Positions 11,096 through 22,894 of a stretch of 32,000 nucleotides of DNA are shown here, piece after piece. The stretch covers positions 480,001-512,000 of the forward strand of contig NZ_CP097765.1 of the NCBI RefSeq assembly GCF_023585785.1. Direction: 5' to 3'. The DNA is from Blochmannia endosymbiont of Camponotus modoc. Its GTDB lineage: Bacteria > Pseudomonadota > Gammaproteobacteria > Enterobacterales > Enterobacteriaceae. The position numbers and the translations under genes are program-made. The notes under the pieces were generated by a model. The model was not told where the DNA came from and searched no databases. It saw only the letters and a list, made by a program, of their open reading frames with translations. The stretch's first letter is position 1. Each line of letters opens with the position of its first letter.

Positions 11096-11808
11096 ATAAC
11101 CCCGCTTACACTCATATACTGAATACTTACTTCAATAAATGACAGTACTACAATACTAAATTATTTTATTTATATTACTCACATTATTCTTAATCTATAT
11201 TAAATATTCATGAAATTTATCTAGTATTGTTTGTATATAACGCTAACAAATATCAATCTGCAATTTTAAAATTTTTAGATTAATACTAACATATTCTGTA
11301 AACACACATCAAATATTAAAAAATAAATCATCACATTATTTAAATAAAATTACAGATTTATTATTTACAAATTTCATTTGTACAATATTTCAGAAGTAAT
11401 AAAATTAATTACTAACAAATTGCAAACAATTTCAGCTATAAATTTTAATAATACTACAAACGAATAATTACTTTTTATCTCAAATTTAAAATGAATTCAT
11501 AATCTATAAAGATTTCACGTAACTACATTTATAAACGTGTATAACTGCATATACTCTTAAAAAATCAACAAAAACTATATCATTAATGATCACTATGACT
11601 TCATCGATTTTTATCGACAATAAAATTAACTTTATTTCTGCAATGAAACTGTAGACAACTTTTACAACTTTTGTGCGATTAATAACATATTATATGGTAT
11701 ACTCATTTTTAGAAGAAATATGAATTTCCAACGCGATCTAACAGCGAAATACATAATCTAATCACTATCTCGTAATTACAAATTAATCATCCAAATTAGG
11801 TATACATT

Positions 11809-12690
11809 ATGTTAGAAAAAATACAGATTTTATTGCAATATTTACTACCAAAGTACTGGATTACTTATTTGGTAGGACTTGGAGCTTCATGGAAAGGTGG
11901 ATGGATAACACGTTATGCTATTTTGTTATTCATCCATATTTATAAAATAGACATAAAAGAATCCGATAAACCTAATTTAACCGATTATGCAACATTTAAT
12001 GCATTTTTTACTCGAAAGCTACATAAAAATGCCCGACCTATCGATACCAACCCATCTACGTTAATTATCCCAGCAGATGGGATCATCACTCAAATAGGAA
12101 AAATAAGCCAAACAAATATCTTTCAGGTAAAAAATACCCCTTATCATTTGGATGGGTTACTAGCAGGTCATGACAATATCATTGACTATTTTATTAATGG
12201 AAGTTTCGTTATTATTTATATACCTCCACAAAACTGCCATCGTATCTACATGCCTTGTACAGGCACACTCCGTGAAGTGCTATATATACCCGGTAATTTA
12301 TTTTCAGTACATCCAAAAATTACTAAAAACATGCCTAATATATTTTCTCGTAATGAAAGAGTCATTTGTTTATTTGAAACAAATTTTGGCTATATGGCTC
12401 AAATTTTAATTGGTGCTATAATAGTAGGAAGTATTGAAACTACATGGCTAGGCACAATTACCCCTCCACGCGAAGGTATTGTCAGACATTGGCGTTACTC
12501 ATCAAATAATACAAATACTGATGATTCAATAACATTACAAAAAGGACATGAAATGGGTTTATTCAAGTTAGGATCTACTGTTATTAATTTGTTCGGTGAT
12601 AAAAAAGTTATTTTAAACAATCTACTACAACCGTATGATATTGCTCGTATTGGCATGCCTTTAGCGCAAGGATATAGTCAAAGAAAATAA
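11809..12690 (+). CDS. psd: phosphatidylserine decarboxylase
   Basis: 293-aa ORF with [26 protein letters not shown] and the C-terminal [10 protein letters not shown] autocleavage site that forms the pyruvoyl group. Confidence 0.96.
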   Translation: MLEKIQILLQYLLPKYWITYLVGLGASWKGGWITRYAILLFIHIYKIDIKESDKPNLTDYATFNAFFTRKLHKNARPIDTNPSTLIIPADGIITQIGKISQTNIFQVKNTPYHLDGLLAGHDNIIDYFINGSFVIIYIPPQNCHRIYMPCTGTLREVLYIPGNLFSVHPKITKNMPNIFSRNERVICLFETNFGYMAQILIGAIIVGSIETTWLGTITPPREGIVRHWRYSSNNTNTDDSITLQKGHEMGLFKLGSTVINLFGDKKVILNNLLQPYDIARIGMPLAQGYSQRK

Positions 12691-12746
12691 TTACACGTAG
12701 TTTACGTTATATATTTTTCAGGATCATGCAATAATATTGTGTATAT

Positions 12747-15700
12747 ATGGTTACTATTCACAAGAAAACTATATTTTTTAAATATTTTTTTTTATTGACA
12801 TACATAATAACATGGTTACTTCCATTAGTAACATTTTCTTATAATTTTTCAAATGAACAAGAAATAAAAAAATATTTACAATATGCGCAGCAAAAAAAAC
12901 ATATAAATGCTCATCAAAAAGCCATTATAGATAATCTGCAATCTGCGTTGCACTTTATTTCTGAACAAAAATATTCTAATATTAAAATTCAAGAATACCA
13001 AAAAATCATAAACGACTTTTCATACATAACTCTTCAATTATGTGAAGAGTATAATAATACATCCAATACCATTATTAATATTGATAAAAATCTTTCTGAA
13101 AATGAACTAAAACAAAAATTATTTCGCATTGATAATCAATTAACAGATTTGTCAGAGCAATTAAAACAAGAACACGATCACGTACGTTCTATCAATGAAT
13201 TATTGATATTATTACCGCAACAACAAGTTGCAGCTCAAAATATATTAAATAATTTAGAGCAACGACAAATATTATATACAAATGCAAATACTTTAATAGA
13301 ACAAGCTAAATTTACTGTGCTACAATCAGAACAAGCAGCTAGACAACTAAAAGTGGCCGAACTTAAGCTTGCTGAACTAAGCATCAACAATCGTAAAGAA
13401 TTATCTCGGCTACGCATAGAATTACTTAAAAAAAAATACAATTATATAAACAATGAAGCACGCATACTAAGACACCAGTTAAATTATTTGTGTCAAAAAG
13501 AAAAAAACCAATCCATTGAATATATCAAAAAAACATTAGCAGAACATAATAACACATTACCAAAATCCATCGAAAAACAATTACAAATCAATCGTGATCT
13601 TTCAATTATTCTAAATCAACAAACACATCGCATGAACAATATCGAATCGAGTAAGCAAGAAGTTGCGTCATGTATATTACAAGTACGCCAAACCTTCAAC
13701 AAATTAATTGAACAAGCACAGTGGTTAGATACATCTTCAGTTCTTAAAGAAACGCTGCGTTCTCAAGTCTCTAAATTACCAGAAATACCTAAATACCGAC
13801 AACTAGATCATGATATGACGCAACTAAGAACTAAACGTTTACAATATGAAAATCAATTGAATAAAATAATACCACTATCATCACAAATTAAACAAGACGA
13901 CGGAACACCACTAACAGCCCCCCACAAACATATTCTGGAGACACAACTCACCATACAACGTAACCTTATCACTTCATTATTGAATAGTTTTGACGCACAA
14001 ATCTTAGAATTAACAAAATTAAAAGTTGCTCATAAACAGCTTAAAGAAGCACTACAAGATATACAAAAAGCTGCACATCGCCATTTATTTTGGACCGCTG
14101 ATTTTTACCCAATTACTATATCTTATCCTTTAAACGTTTATCGAGATTTATACAAACTATTAGCTTCAGATGAGTTTAATTACCAAATAATATCTTCGTT
14201 AAATAAGATCTGTACTATTCGCAAAACACTGATACTAATAATATTGTGTATTATAATATTGACTGGATTGTATTGTGCTATACATCATCATTATCAAACA
14301 TTTTTAGAACAATCTAGTAAAAAAATAGGCAAAGTAAATCAAGATAGTTTCTTACTCACTTTTTATAATATATGGTACTCAATGTTGATAGCTTTACCAA
14401 TCCCGATATTATGGGCGTTCGTAGGGTATAATTTGAATCATGATTGGTTATATCCTATTTCTGTTGCAATTAATGATGGAATTAAGGTTACAACTTTCAT
14501 ATTATGGATATCTATAGTAGGCGCTTATTTTTCGTCTTCAAAAGGATTATTTATCGTTCATTTTGGTTGGTCTAAAAAAAGAGTTCAACAAGTTTTTTCG
14601 CATCATTATACATGGGCTGTTGGAACAATTGTTTTTTTAATAATGATGCTAACTATATTTAATAATTATAACGATAGAGAGTTTTCCAATACTTTGGGTC
14701 GTTTGTGTTTTATTCTATTATGTATTTATTTAACTTTTATTACCAATAACCTAAAACACTCTGGATTGCCTTTGTATTTAAACAAATATGATTCTTCTGA
14801 CAATATTATTAATCATGGTTTATGGAATATAATAATATGCGCACCAATAGTAGCAGCAATTTCTTGTATATTAGGCTATTTATTTATCGCACAAGAACTA
14901 TTAACACGACTGGAAATATCGTTATTCATTTGGATTATATCATTAATCATATACCATATAATTCGTAGATGGACATCGATCCAACGCCGTCGTATTGCTT
15001 TTGAACGCGCCAAACAAAAACGAATTCTACAATTAACTCTAAGAACACATAATGAATCTAATTTTTCTCAACTACTACAAACTAATAAATTGGTATCTAA
15101 TAATGAAAAAAATAGCAAGATTTTAGATTTAGATACCATTAGTACGCAATCATTGCAATTGATACGATCTATTATTACTATTATTGCCTTATTATTAATG
15201 ACTTTATTATGGTCTGAATTACATTCTTCATTTTCTTTTTTAGAAAACATTACATTATGGGATGTCACTTCTACTATAAAAGGGGTAAACAATATTCAAC
15301 CTATAACATTAAATTCATTTCTTATTGCTATCCTAGTAATTGTTATTACCACAAAAACAGTGAAAAACTTACCAGCATTTTTAGAGCTTACCGTTTTACA
15401 ACATTTAGACCTCACACCAGGTACAGGATATGCTATTACCACACTAATTAAGTACATATTAATGTTCCTGGGTGGAATAATAGGATGTTCTTTGATAGGC
15501 ATAGAATGGACTAAAATACAATGGTTAATAGCAGCATTAGGTGTGGGATTAGGTTTTGGATTACAAGAAATATTTGCTAATCTCATATCTGGTTTAATGA
15601 TACTTTTTGAAAAACCAATTCGTATTGGTGACACCGTAACTATTAACAAACTCACCGGTAATATTACTCGAATTAACACTCGCGCAACTATTATTACTGA

Positions 15701-16133
15701 TTGGAATCATAAAGAAATCATTATTCCAAATAAAGAATTTATTACAAAACAATTCATTAATTGGTCTTTATCGGATACATTAACACGAGTAGTACTACGT
15801 GTACCTGCTCCTTTTCAAACAGATATGAAAAAAATAGTAAAAGTTTTATTACAAATAGCAAAAGATTCTTCTTTTTCCTTAAATACCCCGCCTCCAGAAG
15901 TATATTTAGTAGATTTACAACAAGGACTACCTATGTTTGAAATACGAATACATATATCAGATATAAAACTGCGTATGCCTCTATGTCATCAAATGCATAT
16001 GTTAATTATAGAATATTATCAAAGTAATGGAATAAAATTACCATACATACCTAATTATCTTTATAATAATCAACTGTCTGTTAATAATTTTGATTCTAAC
16101 TACCCGAACACAAATTATGACACAATAACATAA
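12747..16133 (+). CDS. mscM: large mechanosensitive channel protein (YjeP/MscM, MscS superfamily)
   Basis: 1128-aa ORF with signal peptide, coiled periplasmic domain, multiple TMs and a C-terminal MscS core (GVGLGFGLQEIFANLISGLMILFEKPIRIGDTV...TIITDWNHKEIIIPNKEFI). Directly follows psd as in E. coli. Confidence 0.94.
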   Translation: MVTIHKKTIFFKYFFLLTYIITWLLPLVTFSYNFSNEQEIKKYLQYAQQKKHINAHQKAIIDNLQSALHFISEQKYSNIKIQEYQKIINDFSYITLQLCEEYNNTSNTIINIDKNLSENELKQKLFRIDNQLTDLSEQLKQEHDHVRSINELLILLPQQQVAAQNILNNLEQRQILYTNANTLIEQAKFTVLQSEQAARQLKVAELKLAELSINNRKELSRLRIELLKKKYNYINNEARILRHQLNYLCQKEKNQSIEYIKKTLAEHNNTLPKSIEKQLQINRDLSIILNQQTHRMNNIESSKQEVASCILQVRQTFNKLIEQAQWLDTSSVLKETLRSQVSKLPEIPKYRQLDHDMTQLRTKRLQYENQLNKIIPLSSQIKQDDGTPLTAPHKHILETQLTIQRNLITSLLNSFDAQILELTKLKVAHKQLKEALQDIQKAAHRHLFWTADFYPITISYPLNVYRDLYKLLASDEFNYQIISSLNKICTIRKTLILIILCIIILTGLYCAIHHHYQTFLEQSSKKIGKVNQDSFLLTFYNIWYSMLIALPIPILWAFVGYNLNHDWLYPISVAINDGIKVTTFILWISIVGAYFSSSKGLFIVHFGWSKKRVQQVFSHHYTWAVGTIVFLIMMLTIFNNYNDREFSNTLGRLCFILLCIYLTFITNNLKHSGLPLYLNKYDSSDNIINHGLWNIIICAPIVAAISCILGYLFIAQELLTRLEISLFIWIISLIIYHIIRRWTSIQRRRIAFERAKQKRILQLTLRTHNESNFSQLLQTNKLVSNNEKNSKILDLDTISTQSLQLIRSIITIIALLLMTLLWSELHSSFSFLENITLWDVTSTIKGVNNIQPITLNSFLIAILVIVITTKTVKNLPAFLELTVLQHLDLTPGTGYAITTLIKYILMFLGGIIGCSLIGIEWTKIQWLIAALGVGLGFGLQEIFANLISGLMILFEKPIRIGDTVTINKLTGNITRINTRATIITDWNHKEIIIPNKEFITKQFINWSLSDTLTRVVLRVPAPFQTDMKKIVKVLLQIAKDSSFSLNTPPPEVYLVDLQQGLPMFEIRIHISDIKLRMPLCHQMHMLIIEYYQSNGIKLPYIPNYLYNNQLSVNNFDSNYPNTNYDTIT

Positions 16134-16146
16134 GTATTATCATGAT

Positions 16147-16713
16147 TTACTTTGCTCGGGATATATATGTGCTTAAACGAGTATTAATTTTAATTAATTC
16201 TCCCAATTGAATAAAAAAAGGGACTTTAACTACAGCGCCAGTGCTGACAGTAGCTAATTTAACGCCAGACGAGCTAGTACTATTCTTTTTTATCGGAGTA
16301 ATTTTTATAATTTTTAATTCTATATAATCAGGAGGAGTTACAAGAATTGGTACTTTATTCCATAGAGTTACTATGTAATGTAATTGAGTTGTAATCCATT
16401 TTATGTTCGTTCCTATTATTTTTTCAGTAACTGCTATTTCTTCAAAATTTTTTTCATCCATGAAATACCAAAATTCATTATCATGATAGACATAAACCAA
16501 TTTGATCTCCATGATATTAGCTGATTCTAAAAAATCTCCAGACTTAAAAGTCTTCTCTAAGATTTTACCAGAAATTATTTGTCTAAACCTCACACGACTA
16601 AAAGCTTGGCCTTTTCCAGGTTTTATGGATTCGTGACTAATGATAACACATGGTTCTCTGTTTTGAATGATCTTAAGTCCAGTTCTAAATTCATTAATGC
16701 TGTACAATACCAT
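16147..16713 (-). CDS. efp: translation elongation factor P
   Basis: 188-aa EF-P; [14 protein letters not shown] loop with Lys34, CIVTLWN-like [48 protein letters not shown]. Confidence 0.95.
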   Translation of the reverse strand: MVLYSINEFRTGLKIIQNREPCVIISHESIKPGKGQAFSRVRFRQIISGKILEKTFKSGDFLESANIMEIKLVYVYHDNEFWYFMDEKNFEEIAVTEKIIGTNIKWITTQLHYIVTLWNKVPILVTPPDYIELKIIKITPIKKNSTSSSGVKLATVSTGAVVKVPFFIQLGELIKINTRLSTYISRAK

Positions 16714-16752
16714 AAAAATTATTCTGAATAAAATCTGTAAAAATTAATTAAC

Positions 16753-16830
16753 ATTTTACGATAATCACTGAAATAAACAACCCTGATTTAATTAAATCAG
16801 GGTTGTTTATTTCAGTGATTATCGTAAAAT
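16753..16830. repeat. perfect 78-bp palindrome (2 x 39 nt) between groEL and efp; contains a terminator-like core
   Basis: attttacgataatcactgaaataaacaaccctgatttaattaaatcagggttgtttatttcagtgattatcgtaaaat, self-complementary at every position around 16791/16792. Confidence 0.97.
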
Positions 16831-16839
16831 TGATCTCAA

Positions 16840-18507
<1,668 letters not shown>

Positions 18508-18526
18508 TTAATAAGTTAGTAGCGAA

Positions 18527-18820
18527 TTATTTCTCAACGATAGCAAGGATATCGCTTTCTGACATAATTAATACTTCTTCATTATCAATTTTCTCCACTT
18601 TTACACCATACCCGTCATTGAAAATTACGGTATCACCAATACGCACATCTAAAGCTTTTACCCCCCCGTTTTCCAAAACGCGGCCATGACCAACAGCCAA
18701 TACTTCTCCACGAGTAGATTTTCCTGCTGCAGATCCAGTCAACACAATACCTCCAGCAGATTTCGATTCAACCTCTTTACGTTTAACAATTACACGATCA
18801 TGCAATGGACGAATTTTCAT
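18527..18820 (-). CDS. groES: co-chaperonin GroES (Hsp10)
   Basis: 97-aa [47 protein letters not shown]; AGGGAG Shine-Dalgarno. Confidence 0.99.
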   Translation of the reverse strand: MKIRPLHDRVIVKRKEVESKSAGGIVLTGSAAGKSTRGEVLAVGHGRVLENGGVKALDVRIGDTVIFNDGYGVKVEKIDNEEVLIMSESDILAIVEK

Positions 18821-18934
18821 TTAATGCTCCCTAATTATGTTATCTAACTATTCGCATCCTACATTAATAAATTATGACATTAAACATCATATGCAAATTT
18901 TATTAATATTCACCACTTCAGGACAATACCTAAA

Positions 18935-18965
18935 ATGGGGGCATTCAAGATTGCTTCAAGGGGGG
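18935..18965 (-). promoter_or_regulatory. sigma-32 (heat-shock) promoter for groES-groEL
   Basis: The reverse strand reads CCCCCCTTGAAG-CAATCTTGAATG-CCCCCATTTTAGG. CTTGAA at 18955-18960 and CCCCAT at 18935-18940 are separated by 14 nt, matching the sigma-32 -35/-10 architecture. Confidence 0.88.
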
Positions 18966-19232
18966 ATAAGAAAATTTTTTATATATGTACATATTCGTAT
19001 CTTCATAAGTACATCTTCTTTTAATTAATAAAAGTTAATATTTATTTACTTAGTACTTCACACACAATCATTATCTAGTATAATAAACAAATAATAATAC
19101 AAACATCATCTCATTATTAAAATGAATATACAATTAAAATAATCGGTAAAACATTTCTTTTCTGTTGTTTAGAAAATTTCACCATAGTAATATACCCTAA
19201 CAGATGCTCAACCACATTGTTTACAGAGAAAA

Positions 19233-19550
19233 ATGATAATAATTTTGTGTACCACACCTAACGATATGTCCATTGCTTTGAATTTAACGAAAACTTTATT
19301 GCATCATAAATTAGCGGCATGCATAACTTTATTACATGAAGTTCGCTCGTTTTATTATTGGGGCAACGCTTTAAAAGAAAAGGATGAATTACAATTATTA
19401 ATCAAGACACAGAGTTCTTTAAAAGAAGCAGTGTTGAACACAATTCAAAAATTACACCCCTATAAAGTTCCAGAATTTTTAGTGCTCCCCATTATAGATG
19501 GGGAGCCAAATTATTTATCATGGATGCAATCTGTATTACGGAAGCACTAA
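19233..19550 (+). CDS. cutA: divalent cation tolerance protein CutA
   Basis: 105-aa CutA1: LLHHKLAACITLLHEVRSFYYWGNALKEKDELQLLIKT, HPYKVPEFLVLPI. Confidence 0.95.
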   Translation: MIIILCTTPNDMSIALNLTKTLLHHKLAACITLLHEVRSFYYWGNALKEKDELQLLIKTQSSLKEAVLNTIQKLHPYKVPEFLVLPIIDGEPNYLSWMQSVLRKH

Positions 19551-19911
19551 TATTCTATGAATACAAAAAACAGCACAATCATTGATAACGCAACATCAAT
19601 AATACTATCATCACCTAATATACTGTAAAAAATAAACTTTATTTTTAAATTTTGTTACAATCATAATATTTAAAAATTAGAAAAAGAAAATACCATCTTA
19701 TATTAAAATTTCTCCAAATCTTCCTATACAAATAGGAACATATAAAAACTTTCTTTTAATGAAGTATCTTATCTGAAACTATTTTCTATTTAAAAATAAT
19801 TTTAGATAGAAATGTACCATCAAATAATAAAATATATTGACGAATTCAAAAGAATAAAGATAATACAATTAGATTTCTTTCGTATGCATGCGCAATAAAT
19901 ACAACTAGTAA

Positions 19912-19984
19912 GCCCGGATAGCTCAGTCGGTAGAGCAGAGGACTGAAGATCCTCGTGTCCTTGGTTCAATTCCAAGTCCGGGCA
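19912..19984 (+). tRNA. tRNA-Phe (anticodon GAA), no encoded CCA
   Basis: GCCCGGATAGCTCAGTCGGTAGAGCAGAGGACTGAAGATCCTCGTGTCCTTGGTTCAATTCCAAGTCCGGGCA; 7-bp acceptor stem; anticodon GAA in loop CTGAAGA. Confidence 0.98.
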
Positions 19985-21179
19985 CATCTTAAAGACCCCC
20001 GTCCAATTGATTTGACGTTTAAATAAATTAATAATTATTCTTATTGCATGCCTATCCATGCAATTTACCATAAAGCTGAAAGCAACTCCAGACATCTTTT
20101 GTTGCTCATTATAATGAGCTTCTATAATAAAATAAAAAATCAATAAAAACTCAACAATCATGAAATATTAGTAGAAAATCATCGTTTGTATAAATAAACA
20201 AAAATTAAAATTAATAAAAATCATAAAAAAATCAAATAAAAACTATTACTTTAATGATAAGACTGAAAATAAACAGCACATATAGTGCAAAATATCTAAA
20301 AATTCTAAAAAGACAAATTTTAAATTGTTGCAACCTCATTTATTAATCCATGTTACTGAGGTTATTAGTCTTCTAATAACCAATAATATTTTAATAGGTA
20401 GTTTTGTATCAACTGATTAAAATTGCTCAAAATATGAATACTAAGAAATTACAATGATACATTCGAATAACCGCATACTTTAAATAAATATTACTAAAAT
20501 TATCTCTACTTAATAAGTATGTAATTAAAAAATTAATAACTAACATTTAAATGTTAAAAATTAACACATTAAAAATATAATTTGTAATTATACTCAATAA
20601 CAATTAAGTAACAAATTAACATTAATGTCCTAAATTTCATTAAAAAACTAATATTATTTAAATATCACAATCATTGTTGTAATTATTTTAAAAAATATTA
20701 TTTTCATAAATAAAATTTGCTCTTTATAAGTATTCAATTGAGATCATTTCATTTTTTTCTATACAGCCACATCGTGGATTATCATAAAAACGATCATATT
20801 AATTTCTTCATTGAAAACATAATAACCTATTGCTATTAGCCAATACTTACTAGTCTGGTTTATTAAATCTCGTATGTCGTGTAACCATCTATATATATAA
20901 TGATTCAATTCCGATACATACTCATAATAACTCTCATTGCTTACACAACTAATATAGTCAATGCCCATTAAATTTAATGTACGTTATACAGGACTATAAT
21001 AAATAAAATTAGTGTAACAGCGATCTAAGCAAATTTAGAGATTATATATAATGTATTGCATAACATTTAACAACCGCTAATGTTAAACAAATAATTTTAT
21101 TTAAAAAATAACTTTTCTATAATACAAAAAATTATACTCCATGCTTACCATTTTAAATCCTTTTAATTTCTTTTAGAAA

Positions 21180-21219
21180 AATTACCATACCTCTAATATC
21201 AATTAGAGGTATGGTAATT
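21180..21219 (-). terminator. perfect 18-bp hairpin with 4-nt loop, candidate intrinsic terminator read on the minus strand
   Basis: AATTACCATACCTCTAAT-atca-ATTAGAGGTATGGTAATT. On the minus strand it is followed by TTTTTCTAAAAG. It is isolated in a non-coding region. Confidence 0.55.
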
Positions 21220-21535
21220 AAATAATTTCAGAAAAAACAACACTCATTCACATCATGTATTCAAAGATCTTCAAGCATAAGCCTCTATCTATAAATTATC
21301 ATTATTATAAAATTAAAAATTGAAATTAACATATGCTATAAGGCACTAAATACTAGACATCGCCATGTAGATCTATTAAAATTGATGAAAATATGAAGTT
21401 ATTATTATATTCAATTTTGATTCAACAAAATCCATATAAACATATTAAAATAATACTAAGAAAAATATAATATTTATTATATAACATAATCAAATAAATT
21501 TAGTTTTTATTATTAGTCCATTCAATACAATAATC

Positions 21536-22723
21536 ATGAGAAAATTTGAAACTACATTAATTACTTCTGGAAGGGATCAAAAATATACATACGGCGCAAT
21601 TAATCCTATTATCCAACGAACATCTTCAGTAGTATTCAATTCTATTCAGCAAAAACAGCAAGCCGTGAACAATCATAGTACGACTGATAAATTATTCTAT
21701 GGTCGATATGGAACTATTACCCATTTTTCCCTACGCCAATCAATGACTGAATTAGAAAATGGTGTTGGTTGCATACTATATCCATGCGGTACAGCAGCAA
21801 TTACTCATACGATCCTTTCTTTTGTCCAACCGGGAGACCATATATTAATGACAGGATCTGCATATGAACCAACTCAGAAATTCTGTCGATATGCTTTAAA
21901 AAGAATGAATATAGACACTACCTGGTTTGATCCATTAATTGGAAATAATATTTCTAATTTAATTCAGCATAATACTCGTTTAATTATATTAGAATCACCA
22001 GGGTCAATAACGATGGAGGTACAAAATGTTCCTAGCATCGTGAAAACAGTACGTAAAAAAAAATCAGATATTATCATATTATTAGACAATACTTGGTCAG
22101 CAGGGGTTTTTTTTAAAGCATTAGATATTGGAGTAGATGTTTCGATACAATCAGGTACTAAATACATCATAGGCCATTCTGATGGAATGATAGGAACTGC
22201 AGTTTCTAATGCACGTTGTTGGGATCAATTACAAGAACAATCTTACTTAATGGGGCAAATGGTTGATGCTGACACCGCTTACATGGCGTCACGTGGATTA
22301 CGAACTTTATATGTTAGATTAAAACAACATGAAGAGAATGGACTACATGTTGCTCATTGGTTAGCTCAACACCCAGCAATAGAACGAGTCAATCATCCCG
22401 CTTTATCTACATGCAAAGGACATAAATATTTTATAAGAGATTTTAGTGGATCTAGCGGATTATTTTCATTTATTCTAAAGAAACGTTTAAATAATTTACA
22501 ATTATCTAATTTTATTGATCATTTTAAATACTTTAAAATTGCATATTCCTGGGGCGGATTTGAATCTTTGATTTTAGTTAATCAAGTAGAAGAACTACGC
22601 CCTATACGTCCCTCCGGTACATTAGATTTTACAGGAACATTAGTTCGAATTCATGTGGGATTAGAACACCCTAGCGATTTGATCCATGATTTATCAGATG
22701 CTCTTAACCGCATAAATGCATAG
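21536..22723 (+). CDS. metC: cystathionine beta-lyase
   Basis: 395-aa Cys/Met-metabolism PLP enzyme: YGRYGTITHFSLRQSMTELE, SIQSGTKYIIGHSDGMIGTAV (PLP lysine), HVGLEHPSDLIHDLSDAL. Same strand and position relative to plsC as in E. coli. Confidence 0.9.
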   Translation: MRKFETTLITSGRDQKYTYGAINPIIQRTSSVVFNSIQQKQQAVNNHSTTDKLFYGRYGTITHFSLRQSMTELENGVGCILYPCGTAAITHTILSFVQPGDHILMTGSAYEPTQKFCRYALKRMNIDTTWFDPLIGNNISNLIQHNTRLIILESPGSITMEVQNVPSIVKTVRKKKSDIIILLDNTWSAGVFFKALDIGVDVSIQSGTKYIIGHSDGMIGTAVSNARCWDQLQEQSYLMGQMVDADTAYMASRGLRTLYVRLKQHEENGLHVAHWLAQHPAIERVNHPALSTCKGHKYFIRDFSGSSGLFSFILKKRLNNLQLSNFIDHFKYFKIAYSWGGFESLILVNQVEELRPIRPSGTLDFTGTLVRIHVGLEHPSDLIHDLSDALNRINA

Positions 22724-22894
22724 TGACATGACATAAATAATTTTAACATTTAAAAATATTTTTATCTTCATACATTAACTACAAGAGTATCTAATCAATG
22801 ATATTTGTACATGTACTCGTAATTTTTAGTTTTAGATATTCAAACTAACAAACGATTAAAAATTCTATCCACTCCAACACAGCTAAAAATTATT

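Noticed and set aside
15068-15679. Overlapping ORFs inside mscM (15068..15292, 15257..15451, 15296..15679)
   Set aside because: They are embedded in the conserved MscM frame and have no independent support.
19820-20161. 113-aa minus-strand ORF containing CPDLELNQGHEDLQSSALPTELSGL
   Set aside because: This is the translation of the antisense of tRNA-Phe (19912-19984), a classic spurious ORF pattern; it is not a gene.
20759-20968. 69-aa minus-strand ORF in the large spacer
   Set aside because: No recognisable motif or domain, low complexity of context and no clear ribosome-binding site. It is kept only as part of the spacer to be checked for transcription.
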